The position numbers were made by a program, and so were the translations under genes. Below, piece by piece: positions 18,536-32,246 of a DNA stretch of 64,000 nucleotides; the first letter of the stretch is position 1; every line of letters starts with the position of its first letter. A model generated the notes under the pieces. That model was not told where the DNA came from. It did no database searches and saw only the letters and a list, made by a program, of their open reading frames with translations. This stretch comes from Candidatus Fervidifonticultor sextus. GTDB taxonomy: Bacteria > Sysuimicrobiota > Sysuimicrobiia > Sysuimicrobiales > Humicultoraceae. Where the stretch lies: NCBI GenBank assembly GCA_031459875.1, contig JAVKHQ010000001.1, positions 214,035-278,034 on the forward strand, in the 5' to 3' direction.

Positions 18536-20502
18536 CCGAGCCGTCGCGCGACCCAGAGCAGCATCACGACCCCGGGGACCGCCAGGAGCGCGCCGAGCGC
18601 CAGGGCGTTGGCGGTCCGCCACACGGTGTACACCAGCGGCGTGTGCAGATGCGAGAACGAGTTGATGGCGCCTGCCGTGCCGACGGTACCGGCCAGGGCC
18701 AGGCTGACGGCCAGGCGGCGCCACCCCAGACTGGCCGCGGTGCCCGCCAGGACCAGCGCCGGATAGCCCACCAGGAACTCCTTCGTCCGCGGACGGGCGA
18801 CGAGGAACTCTTCCAATGTCGTCCGCAGCCGCTGCTCGAGTTCCGGCAGCGGGACGCTGATGTTGCCGGTGCGCGCCAGCAGCATCACGGCCGCGACGCC
18901 GACGGCCAGCACCAGCAGCGCCGAGCCCACCCGCAGCGGCTGGCTGACCCAGGCCCGCAGCTCCCGGATCGCCGTCCTCCAATCGTCCCGGCTGCGATCG
19001 TCGGAGGCGAGCCACAGCGCCACCAGCAGCACGGGGGCGACGTGCGCGGCCTTCACGCCGAGGAACGTGGAGAACGCCAGCATGAACGACCACTGGCTGA
19101 GCAGCGCCGCGACGAAGAGGCCGGTGAGGGCCGCGAGCCCGACGGCGCGGACCAGGGTGAGGTATCCTGCGATCGCAGGCGCCGACCCGGGACGACCGGC
19201 CGGCCGCAGCGCCCAGACGGCGGCGCCCGCCGCCCCGGCTGCGGCCACGCCCAGGGCCAGCACCTGCCGCCAGAGCACTTCGAAGGCGGTGAACCCCGCG
19301 GCCACGGTCCCGCAGACGGCGGCGGCCACGATCACCCAGAGCCGTCGCGGGGACAGCCGGACCCCGACCGCCGCGGCCAGATCAGCCAGCACCAGCACGG
19401 ACAGGGAGGCGGCACCCATCGCCACGAGCCAGGAGAGCAGACTCGAGACCTGGGCCTCCAGGGGCGGCATCGGCCGGCTCCGTTCCGTGGCGAACCCCAG
19501 ACTCCGCAGGGCCCGGGCGACCAACTCGACCATGCGGAGGTTGGCATCCAGCGCCGGCTCGCCGGCTGCGGTCGCCAGCAGGGGCCGCACGTAGAGGAGT
19601 CTGATGTTGCGCTCCTGCGCGGCACGCACGAACCGGCCGGCCGCCTCGTCCGGCCGCAGGACGAGGAGTTCCTCGGGCGTGATGCTGAAGACGCGGATGA
19701 CGTCCGGCCGCATCAGGGCCGTCAGCCGGTCCTCGCCTCTCTGCTTGCGGCGCGCGGTGAAGACCTCGATGCGTCCAAACCGCGCGCCGATCCGCCGGTA
19801 CTCGCCCGCCGCCTGATCGAGCAGTCCTTCGTACCCCTGCACCTCGGTCAGGGCGAAGATGAGGGTCGGCGCGGGGCCGGCCTGCGCGTAACTGTCGGCC
19901 AGCATGCGCAGGCTCTGGGGGGTCAGCCCACGGAAGTTGCGCGGCCGCAGGACGACGCCCAGCCCGGCGGCGCGGACGACCCGGGCGTCCTGGGGCCTGA
20001 ACCCGAGGCCCAGTTCTTCCACGTCGGACGGCGTGCCCAGCACCTCGAGGACCTGGCCCCTGCGCCGCACGCGCTCTTCACCCAGCAGGATCCGCAGCCG
20101 ACCGTGCACGAAGCGCAGGTCCTCCGGCGGCCCGGTCACGTACACGGCGCCGTGGCGGATCTCGCCTGATGCCAGCAGCGGGCGGAACGGTTCGGCCAGC
20201 GGCGCAAGCCGCGCCAGGGCTGCCAGCGTGCCCCCCGCGGCGTAGGTGACGGTCCCTTCGTCAGCCAGCCGCTTGAGGGTGCTCTCGCCGAGGGCGACCG
20301 ACACTGCCCCGCGCTGGCGGAGGGCCTGGAGCACCTGCACCGGGTCGCGGCCTTCCCGGCGAGCCAGGCCGATCCAGTCATCCCCGTCCAGGACGATCTC
20401 GACCGCGCGGTAGCGGGCCTCGAGGCGGAAGCGCATGCCCAGCACCGCGACCGAGGCCACCAGGCCGCAGAGCACCAGGGCCAGGAGCCCGAAGCGCGTC
20501 AC
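18526..20502 (-). CDS. Large polytopic membrane protein (DUF5693-like) commonly encoded upstream of csaB; possible cell-wall polymer/S-layer anchoring role
   Basis: 658 aa with a soluble N-terminal half and a C-terminal half of many TM helices. Conserved position directly upstream of csaB. Confidence 0.5.
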   Translation of the reverse strand: MTRFGLLALVLCGLVASVAVLGMRFRLEARYRAVEIVLDGDDWIGLARREGRDPVQVLQALRQRGAVSVALGESTLKRLADEGTVTYAAGGTLAALARLAPLAEPFRPLLASGEIRHGAVYVTGPPEDLRFVHGRLRILLGEERVRRRGQVLEVLGTPSDVEELGLGFRPQDARVVRAAGLGVVLRPRNFRGLTPQSLRMLADSYAQAGPAPTLIFALTEVQGYEGLLDQAAGEYRRIGARFGRIEVFTARRKQRGEDRLTALMRPDVIRVFSITPEELLVLRPDEAAGRFVRAAQERNIRLLYVRPLLATAAGEPALDANLRMVELVARALRSLGFATERSRPMPPLEAQVSSLLSWLVAMGAASLSVLVLADLAAAVGVRLSPRRLWVIVAAAVCGTVAAGFTAFEVLWRQVLALGVAAAGAAGAAVWALRPAGRPGSAPAIAGYLTLVRAVGLAALTGLFVAALLSQWSFMLAFSTFLGVKAAHVAPVLLVALWLASDDRSRDDWRTAIRELRAWVSQPLRVGSALLVLAVGVAAVMLLARTGNISVPLPELEQRLRTTLEEFLVARPRTKEFLVGYPALVLAGTAASLGWRRLAVSLALAGTVGTAGAINSFSHLHTPLVYTVWRTANALALGALLAVPGVVMLLWVARRLGRS

Positions 20503-21182
20503 GGCGCAGCCCCGGCGCGGGCACCGACGGTCATGCGGCCCTCACGGTAGGCGATCTGCGTCACCGTCACCGCCACCGGCAGCGAGCGTAACGAGAGCAC
20601 CGGCCGTCCCGCCACGCCCAGCACCGCGGTCAGCCCGGGCGGCAGATCTGTGCCGTTGAGGTTAAGGGATGTGATCTGAAAGTAGAGGTCGGTCCCGCCC
20701 GACACATAGAACTGCCCCCGCAGGTGGGCGGCGGCGACGAGGGGGCCTGCGCGGAGTTCACCGCTGGCCGCGACACCCCCGGTGTCGATGGTGACCGAGG
20801 GACGCTCCACGCCGCGGGCCCGCAGGTACGCTTCGAGATCGTGCTGGCCGACCTCAACCTCCAGCGTCCCGCCTTCCACCCCGGTCACGGTCCACCGGCG
20901 AGGCGGCTTGAGGCGGACGGTCACGCCGCGCAGCCTCCCCGACAGCCGCTCGGCCGTCACGTCGCCCAGCCTGACCCTGGTGGCGTCGATCTCCAGCCAC
21001 GCGATCCGTCCCCGGAGGAGGCCCCACGCGGTGGCCCGCGCCCTGACGTGCAGCGTGCCGGCCGCCTCCACATGCGGGCGCAGGGCCGCGGCCACGGTCT
21101 GCTGGAGGAGCAGGGAGGGCAGCAGGACCCACGCCGCCAGCAGCGCGGCGAGGCCGGCAGCGATCCACACCACCCGCCGCAT
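20499..21182 (-). CDS. Membrane-anchored hypothetical protein (DUF2993/LmeA-like)
   Basis: 227 aa with an N-terminal TM anchor (MRRVVWIAAGLAALLAAWVLLPS), then a beta-rich domain. 4-nt overlap with the downstream gene. Confidence 0.4.
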   Translation of the reverse strand: MRRVVWIAAGLAALLAAWVLLPSLLLQQTVAAALRPHVEAAGTLHVRARATAWGLLRGRIAWLEIDATRVRLGDVTAERLSGRLRGVTVRLKPPRRWTVTGVEGGTLEVEVGQHDLEAYLRARGVERPSVTIDTGGVAASGELRAGPLVAAAHLRGQFYVSGGTDLYFQITSLNLNGTDLPPGLTAVLGVAGRPVLSLRSLPVAVTVTQIAYREGRMTVGARAGAAP

Positions 21183-21183
21183 G

Positions 21184-22279
21184 CTATCGCGCTCGCAGCG
21201 CGGCGTCGATGAAGCGGTCGAGGTCGCCGTCGAGCACGCCTGAGGCGTCGCCCGTCTCCACGCCGGTGCGATGGTCCTTCACCAGCTGGTAGGGGTGCAG
21301 GACGTAGGAGCGGATCTGGTTGCCCCAGGCCGCCTCGCGGTGCTCGCCCCGCAGTTCGGCGATCTGCTGGCGCTGGCGGGCCTCGGCCACCTCGGCCAGG
21401 CGCGCCTTCAAGACGCGCAGCGCCGTGAGCCTGTTCGCATGCTGCGACCGCTCGTTCTGGCACTGCACGACGATGCCGGTGGGCAGGTGGGTGATGCGGA
21501 CGGCGGTCTCGACCTTGTTCACGTTCTGGCCTCCGGCGCCACCGGCCCGGTAGGTCTCGACCTTGAGCTCGTCGTCGCGGACCTCGACCTCGGCCTCCTC
21601 GACCTCCGGGATGACGTCCACCAGGGCGAAGGAGGTGTGCCGGCGGTGCGCCGCGTCGAACGGGGAGAGGCGCACCAGCCGGTGGACGCCCCGCTCGGTG
21701 CGCAGATACCCGTAGGCATACGGTCCGGCGACGATGACCGTCACGCTCTTGATCCCCGCCTCTTCGCCCGGTGAGACATCCACGATCTCCGCCTTGAATC
21801 CCCGGCGCTCGGCCCAGCGCAGGTACATGCGCAGCAGCATCGCCGTCCAGTCCTGGGACTCGGTGCCGCCGGCGCCCGCATGGATCGAAAGGATGGCGTT
21901 GGAGGCATCGTGGGGCCCCGAGAGCAGCGCCTCGGTCTCCAGGCGCGTCAGCCCTTCGGTCAACGCCCGCGCCTCAGCGGCGAGCTCACCGGTATCCAGG
22001 CCGCCGGGGGACTCGGCGGCCAGCTCGAGCAGGACGCCGAGGTCCTCCACCCGCCGCTCCAGCGCCGCCACGGTCTCGACGGTTGAGCGCAGCGCGCTCA
22101 GCTCCTGGCCGATGGCGCGCGCGCGCTCCTGATCGGCCCACAGCGAGGGCTCCTGCATGATCTTCTCGAGTTCGGCGATACGGGCGTGCTTGGCGGCTAG
22201 GTCAAAGATGCCCCCGCAGGTCCTGGAGGCGCCGCCGGCTCTCGCTGAATTGGGCCAGGAGGTCGTCGAGTTGCATCAT
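21184..22279 (-). CDS. prfB: Peptide chain release factor 2, containing the programmed +1 ribosomal frameshift
   Basis: The main frame (21184-22158) has the RF2 motifs ..[18 protein letters not shown].. and [16 protein letters not shown] (the GGQ motif). The upstream frame reads [25 protein letters not shown] and ends in CTT TGA C (22201-22207), the classic RF2 shift site. After the +1 shift it continues [22 protein letters not shown].. into the main frame. Confidence 0.85.
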
Positions 22280-22289
22280 GGCGCCTGCC

Positions 22290-22330
22290 ATTATAGCAAA
22301 CGCACCCGGTGCGCTCCAGGGCGCCTCGCC
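22290..22330 (-). promoter_or_regulatory. Candidate extended -10 promoter for prfB
   Basis: Minus strand: TGGAGC, a 17-nt spacer, then TGcTATAAT (plus-strand 22290-22298), ending about 11 nt before the prfB ATG (22277-22279). This would give a very short leader. Confidence 0.35.
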
Positions 22331-22362
22331 GGGGGCCGCGGCGGAAGCCGGGCCAGTCCTGC

Positions 22363-26996
<4,634 letters not shown>

Positions 26997-27036
26997 CCGA
27001 CACCTCAGGCCAGAGAGCCGACGCTCTGGGCTAACG

Positions 27037-27042
27037 ACCCCA
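27037..27042 (-). promoter_or_regulatory. Candidate -10 box (TATAAT) upstream of secA, followed by a leader hairpin
   Basis: Minus strand ..ccggcaTATAATggggtcgttagCCCAGAGcgtcggCTCTCTGGcctgaggtgtcggATG. The -10 hexamer is perfect, but no good -35 was seen. There is a 6-7 bp inverted repeat in the 5'UTR. Confidence 0.3.
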
Positions 27043-27109
27043 TTATATGCCGGTCAGGGGAGACCCGCAGCAACGCCTCTGCCTCCCGCGGAGGCTCTGG
27101 CTCGCTCAC

Positions 27110-27523
27110 CTATGCGGGCAACACGCGCACGGGCACGTCCCGCGTGACGATGTCGAAATGCCGCCGGTCCAGCGTCAGGACGTTCCCCCCCGACCGCTCT
27201 GCACAGGCGATGACCGCGGCGTCGGCGATCCCCAGGGGGAGGTTGCGATACCGTGAGACGAGTTCACCCATCCGGGCCAGGTCCTGCTCCCCGCAGTCCA
27301 GGGAGAAACTCCCCGATTGCAGGTCATCGAGGAAGGCCAGCAGGACGTCGGTGCCCAGGCGGCGCTCGACAAGGTAGCCGACCTCGCAGAGCACGGTGGC
27401 AGGCACGACGTACGGGCCCGGATCGGCCATCAGGCCCTCGCGGACCCGAGCGTGATCCGGATCGAGGCGGTCGATGAGGGCGTAGATCGCGGAGGTATCG
27501 AGGGTGATCACGGCTTCGACCAC
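27110..27523 (-). CDS. vapC: PIN-domain toxin VapC
   Basis: A PIN domain starts at VVEAVITLDTSAIYALIDRLDPDHA.. (acidic residues D, E, D, D conserved). The start is placed at GTG 27521-27523, overlapping the antitoxin gene by about 16 nt. The track's longer N-terminus is G/R-rich and overlaps vapB. Confidence 0.7.
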   Translation of the reverse strand: MVEAVITLDTSAIYALIDRLDPDHARVREGLMADPGPYVVPATVLCEVGYLVERRLGTDVLLAFLDDLQSGSFSLDCGEQDLARMGELVSRYRNLPLGIADAAVIACAERSGGNVLTLDRRHFDIVTRDVPVRVLPA

Positions 27524-27732
27524 TCGCGTTCCAACCAGGCCTCGTCCTCTGCTGCCGGCAGCGTGCCATCCCGCCCCGCCCCGAGGGACCGGAACGTGGG
27601 GCGCTCGAGGTTCTTCAGGTAGTGCTCGACGGCTTCGCGCACCATCTCCGCCTGCGACCTTCCGTGGCGCCGGGCCGCATCCTTGAGGGCTCGATGCAGG
27701 TCGGGGGGGAGGTAAAGTGTCGTCTTCTGCAT
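27508..27732 (-). CDS. vapB: Ribbon-helix-helix (CopG/VapB-type) antitoxin
   Basis: 74 aa: MQKTTLYLPPDLHRALKDAARRHGRSQAEMVREAVEHYLKNLERP.. is an RHH fold motif. Sits immediately upstream of, and overlapping, the PIN gene. Confidence 0.7.
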   Translation of the reverse strand: MQKTTLYLPPDLHRALKDAARRHGRSQAEMVREAVEHYLKNLERPTFRSLGAGRDGTLPAAEDEAWLEREWSKP

Positions 27733-27816
27733 ACTCTGATTGTGCCATATATGGTATATGGCGTCAACCGCGGCTATCGGGAAGCTCGCAGGCGCCGGGA
27801 CGGGGGCGAGGGCGGG

Positions 27817-28470
27817 CTACCGGGTCGCCGTCAGCCAGGAGATCGGCCGATTCACGGCCGCCAGCACCGCCCGGACCACCGCTTCCCGGGGGTCGTCACG
27901 GATCACCGAGGCCCCGGCCAGCGTCTCGTGTTCTTCGCCGGCCAGCGTGACGGTCACCACCGCCACCTCGTGCTCGCCGACCGGGTGCGTGGCCACCGCC
28001 TCGAAGACCAGCAGGCCCTGGGCGCGCAGGAAGACTTCGACGGCGCGCAGCGTGGCCTGGGCCACCAGGGCCAGGCGGTGGCGGGGAACGCCGGGGCCGG
28101 AGGCGACGCCCTCGTAGAGCATCCCGCGGTCTTCCAGGTGGACCTTGACCTCGGCGGTCTGGCGGATGAGGCTGACCGACAGCCCGACGAACTTGAGGCG
28201 GGCCTGGGGGACCGCGGTGGTCTGCTCCTCGGGCCGCAGCGCCGCAACCCGCACCTGCCGGGGGTCGACCGTCAGGCCCAGCTCGGCGGCCAGCGCCGAG
28301 ACCACGTCCACGGCGATCAACTTCGGGCTCCGGTCGGCCTGCCCAAGGACGTGGATGACGTCGATATCGCCGTGATCGGTGGGCACCACGCGCGCCGCCA
28401 CGACGCCCCGCAGGCGGCGGACGATCTCCTCGGCGGCCTCCGCGACCGACCGGGTCCCATCACGGGCCAC
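27817..28470 (-). CDS. Hypothetical protein with two similar ACT-like halves
   Basis: 217 aa with an internal repeat (LRGVVAARVVPTDHGDIDVIHVL.. / LRAVEVFLRAQGLLVFEAVATHPVGEHEVAVVTVTL..). No recognisable catalytic motif. Confidence 0.35.
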   Translation of the reverse strand: MARDGTRSVAEAAEEIVRRLRGVVAARVVPTDHGDIDVIHVLGQADRSPKLIAVDVVSALAAELGLTVDPRQVRVAALRPEEQTTAVPQARLKFVGLSVSLIRQTAEVKVHLEDRGMLYEGVASGPGVPRHRLALVAQATLRAVEVFLRAQGLLVFEAVATHPVGEHEVAVVTVTLAGEEHETLAGASVIRDDPREAVVRAVLAAVNRPISWLTATR

Positions 28471-28501
28471 GCTGCACCCCCTGGTGTGCGGCTACTGGCC
28501 G

Positions 28502-29095
28502 CTAGTCGGCTTCGATCAGCCCAAAGTTGCCATCACGCCGTCGGTAGAGCACGTTGATCTTCTCCGTCCCCGCGTGGCGGAAGACGAAGAAGGCATGGCC
28601 CAGCAACTCCATCTGGAGGATGGCGTCCTCGACCGTCATGGGCTTCATGGGGAACCGCTTGGTCCGCACCACCGCGGGCTGCACCCCTTCGACGGCGGTC
28701 GCCCGCAGCGCCGCCTCGGCCGACTGCTGGGTGCGCCGGCGCCGGCGGGACTCGTCCAGTCGGCGCTTCTCGATCATCCGGCTGCGGTACTTCTCGATCT
28801 GCCGCTCCAGTTTCTCCGCCGCGCCGTCGATGGACGCATACATGTCTTGGGAGGCTTCCTCGGCCCGCAGGACCAGTCCGTCGCACCAGACGGTGATCTC
28901 CACCGCGTGAGAGTGGCCCCGGTTCCGGTCCCGGGCCACGCTGAGGACGACCTGCGCATCCTGCACCTGATCGAAGAACCTGGGCAGCCTGCCGAGTTTT
29001 GCCTGCAGGTAGCGCCGCAGGGCGTCGGTCACCGCGATGTTCTTGCCCTGGACGCGGATCGGAATCTCCTCAAGTCGCTTCTGCGCTGCCACCAA
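28502..29095 (-). CDS. hpf: Ribosome hibernation promoting factor (long form)
   Basis: N-terminal [27 protein letters not shown].. and C-terminal dimerisation domain [48 protein letters not shown]. Confidence 0.85.
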   Translation of the reverse strand: MVAAQKRLEEIPIRVQGKNIAVTDALRRYLQAKLGRLPRFFDQVQDAQVVLSVARDRNRGHSHAVEITVWCDGLVLRAEEASQDMYASIDGAAEKLERQIEKYRSRMIEKRRLDESRRRRRTQQSAEAALRATAVEGVQPAVVRTKRFPMKPMTVEDAILQMELLGHAFFVFRHAGTEKINVLYRRRDGNFGLIEAD

Positions 29096-29200
29096 TGGAC
29101 CTCCTCAGTGCGCGATCCGCGACCGGCGGGACGGTGCTCCATTCTGCGGTCGGCCGAAACCCTCCTCCAGCCCGCCGGCCAGACGGCCAATGCGGCCTGC

Positions 29201-31153
29201 CTACCGAAACAGCGGCGCAAACACCAGCGCGACCACCGTCATGAGCTTGATCAGGATGTTGAGGGCCGGCCCCGCGGTGTCCTTGAAGGGATCGCCGACG
29301 GTGTCGCCGATGACCGCCGCCCTGTGCGCCTCACTCCCCTTTCCGCCGTGGTGACCTTCCTCGATGTGTTTCTTCGCGTTGTCCCACGCCCCGCCGGCGT
29401 TGGCCAGGTAGAGCGCCAGCGGCACGCCCGTGACGATGGCGCCGGCCAGCAGGCCCCCCAGGGCCTCCTTGTGCAGGAAGATGCCCACCGCGATGGGGAT
29501 CAGGACCGCCGACAGTCCGGGCACGATCATCTCGCGCAACGCGCCGCGGGTCGCGATGTCCACGCACCGGGCGTACTGGGGCCGGGCCGAGCCTTCCATC
29601 AGCCCCTTGATCTCCCGGAACTGCCGGCGCACCTCGTCCACCATGCGCTGTGCGGTCCGCCCCACCGCGCGCATGGCCAGGGCGGCGAAGTAGAACGGGA
29701 CGATGCCGCCGATGAACAGGCCGGCGATGACCTCGGCGTCCAGGATGTTGAGCGTCTCCAGGCCCACCGCCTGCCGGTAGAAGAAGAACAGCGCCAGCGC
29801 GGTGAGCGCGGCGGATCCGATGGCGAACCCCTTGGCGATGGCCGCCGTGGTGTTGCCCGCGGCGTCCAGGGAGTCGGCCGTCCGTCGGACGTCGGCGCCC
29901 AGGTGGGCCATCTCCGCGATCCCGGCCGAGTTGTCGGCGATCGGACCGTAGGCATCCACGGAGACCGTCATACCGGTGATGGACAGCATCCCCACGGCCG
30001 CCAGGGCGATGCCGTAGAAGTCGGCGAACCGAAAGGCGAAGATCGTCGTCAGGCCGATGACCACCAGGGGCAGCACGGTGCTGAGCATGCCCTGGGCGGT
30101 GCCGGCGATGACGACGGTGGCGGGCCCGGTCGTGGCCGCATCGGCCAGCGTCTGGACCTGCCGGCCCGAGGTGTAGTACTCGGCCACGAGCCCGATGATG
30201 ATCCCGGAGCCCAGCCCCAGGACGACGGCCCAGAACGCGGCCAGGTCGCCCAGGACCGCGCCCACCACGAAGTAGGAACCGACGGCCATGGCCGCGCCGC
30301 TGGCGAGCGTGCCGTACCGCAGGGCCCGCTGCGCATCACTGCCGCGCACGAAGAGCGTGCCGACGATGGACGCGAGGATGCCGACCCCGGCCAGCAGGAG
30401 CGCGGCCAGCGCGCCGGGGGCCTGGCGCTGCGCGGCGCCGATGGCGATGGCGGCGATGACCGACCCCACGTAGGACTCGAACAGGTCGGCGCCCATGCCC
30501 GCCACGTCGCCGACGTTGTCACCGACGGCGTCGGCGATCACCGCGGGGTTGCGGGGGTCGTCCTCCGGGATGCCGGCCTCGACCTTCCCGACCAGGTCGG
30601 CGCCCACGTCGGCGCCCTTGGTGTAGATCCCGCCGCCCACCCGCGCAAAGAGCGCGACCGAAGACGCGCCCAGGGAGAACCCGATCACCTGGTTGGCATC
30701 CCGGTAGATCAGGTAGAGGGCGCCCACGCCCAACAGCCCCAGGCCCACCACGGTCATGCCCATGACCGCGCCGCCGGGGAACGCCACGCCCAGGGCGTGG
30801 ACGAGCCCGGCCCGGGCGGCCTGCGCGGTCCGGGTGTTGGCCAGGGTCGCCACACGCATCCCGGCGAACCCGGCCCCCACCGAGCAGGCGGCCCCGATGA
30901 CGAACGCGACAGCCGTCTTCAGTTCGATGCCCGGGGTCACCTTCGTGGCCAGCACGACGAACATGACGGCCACGAAGAGCCCGATGGCCCGGTACTCGCG
31001 GGCCAGGAAGGCCATGGCGCCCTCCCGGATCGCCTCCGAGATGGACTGCATCTGCGGCGTACCGGGGTCGCGGCGGCGCACGCGCTGCGCCAGGCTCGCA
31101 GCATACACCAGGGCGGCCAGGCCTGCTGCGGGTCCAAGCCACAGGGGTTCCAT
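29201..31153 (-). CDS. hppA: Membrane-bound proton-translocating pyrophosphatase (H+-PPase)
   Basis: 650 aa, 15-16 TM helices, with [40 protein letters not shown] and [26 protein letters not shown] (the canonical PPase motifs). Confidence 0.9.
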   Translation of the reverse strand: MEPLWLGPAAGLAALVYAASLAQRVRRRDPGTPQMQSISEAIREGAMAFLAREYRAIGLFVAVMFVVLATKVTPGIELKTAVAFVIGAACSVGAGFAGMRVATLANTRTAQAARAGLVHALGVAFPGGAVMGMTVVGLGLLGVGALYLIYRDANQVIGFSLGASSVALFARVGGGIYTKGADVGADLVGKVEAGIPEDDPRNPAVIADAVGDNVGDVAGMGADLFESYVGSVIAAIAIGAAQRQAPGALAALLLAGVGILASIVGTLFVRGSDAQRALRYGTLASGAAMAVGSYFVVGAVLGDLAAFWAVVLGLGSGIIIGLVAEYYTSGRQVQTLADAATTGPATVVIAGTAQGMLSTVLPLVVIGLTTIFAFRFADFYGIALAAVGMLSITGMTVSVDAYGPIADNSAGIAEMAHLGADVRRTADSLDAAGNTTAAIAKGFAIGSAALTALALFFFYRQAVGLETLNILDAEVIAGLFIGGIVPFYFAALAMRAVGRTAQRMVDEVRRQFREIKGLMEGSARPQYARCVDIATRGALREMIVPGLSAVLIPIAVGIFLHKEALGGLLAGAIVTGVPLALYLANAGGAWDNAKKHIEEGHHGGKGSEAHRAAVIGDTVGDPFKDTAGPALNILIKLMTVVALVFAPLFR

Positions 31154-31177
31154 CGTCTTCCCATCACCTCCGCGGAC

Positions 31178-32242
31178 TCACCGACTCTCGATCCCCTGTA
31201 CGACGAACACCTCGGTAAACGTCCGGATGGCGAACCGGTCGGTCATCCCGGCCAGGAAATCGCACACGGCCCGCTCGGGTGGATCGCCGGATGCGGCCTG
31301 GCGGATTTCGCCCGGGACGGCGTCCGGGTGGGCCACGAAGTACTCGAACAGCAGCGCAAGCATGCGCCGGCCCCGGGCCGCCTCCGCCGTGGCCGACGGG
31401 CTGAGATACACCTGCTCCGTGAGGAAGTCCTTCAGACGGTTGAGGGCCCCCCGGATCGGCTCCGAGACATCGATGGCCCCGCCGTCCCCGGCCACGGCGA
31501 CGATGTCGCGCACGATGACATCCAGCCACCGGCCGCGGCGTTCCCCCAGCACCGCCGTGACCTCGGACGGCACCTTCCCCTCGTCCACCAGGCCCGCCCG
31601 GACGGCGTCGTCCATGTCGTGGTGCAGGTAGGCCACGCGGTCGGCGAGCCGGACCACCTGTCCTTCGAGCGTGGCGGGGACCGACGGCTCGGCGTCCGAT
31701 GTCACCAGATCCCGAAGACCCTTGGAGTGCCCGCCGACGCCGTCCCGGACCTCCCAGGTGAGGTTCAGTCCCGGCGCCACCGTCCCGTCCGAACGCCTGC
31801 GCTGCTCCAGCCGCTCCACGATGCGGAGGCTCTGCCAGTCGTGGCGGAAGCCTCCCCAGGCGGCCATGGCCTCGTCGAGGGCGGCCTCCCCGGCATGCCC
31901 GAAGGGCGGGTGCCCCAGGTCGTGGGCCAGCGCGATGGCTTCGGTGAGGTCCTCGTTCAGCCGCAGGGCCCGGGCGATGGTCCGCGCGATCTGCGCGACC
32001 TCCAGCGTGTGGGTCAACCGCGTGCGGTAGTGATCGCCCTCGGGCGCCAGGAACACCTGGGTCTTGTGCATCAGGCGCCTGAACGCCTTGGCGTGGATGA
32101 TCCGGTCGCGATCGCGCTGGAAGGCGGTGCGCAGGTCGTCGTCGGGCTCGGGCTCGGCGCGCCCCCGCGAGGCGGACGCGCGGGAGGCGCGCGGGTGCAG
32201 CGCGGCCGCCTCCCACTGCTCGGTGACCTCCCGGGGTCGCAC
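31178..32242 (-). CDS. HD-domain dGTP triphosphohydrolase-like protein
   Basis: RTRLTHTLEVAQIARTIARAL.. and LAHDLGHPPFGHAGE, the HD motif of the dGTPase family. Confidence 0.8.
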   Translation of the reverse strand: MRPREVTEQWEAAALHPRASRASASRGRAEPEPDDDLRTAFQRDRDRIIHAKAFRRLMHKTQVFLAPEGDHYRTRLTHTLEVAQIARTIARALRLNEDLTEAIALAHDLGHPPFGHAGEAALDEAMAAWGGFRHDWQSLRIVERLEQRRRSDGTVAPGLNLTWEVRDGVGGHSKGLRDLVTSDAEPSVPATLEGQVVRLADRVAYLHHDMDDAVRAGLVDEGKVPSEVTAVLGERRGRWLDVIVRDIVAVAGDGGAIDVSEPIRGALNRLKDFLTEQVYLSPSATAEAARGRRMLALLFEYFVAHPDAVPGEIRQAASGDPPERAVCDFLAGMTDRFAIRTFTEVFVVQGIESR

Positions 32243-32246
32243 GCCG

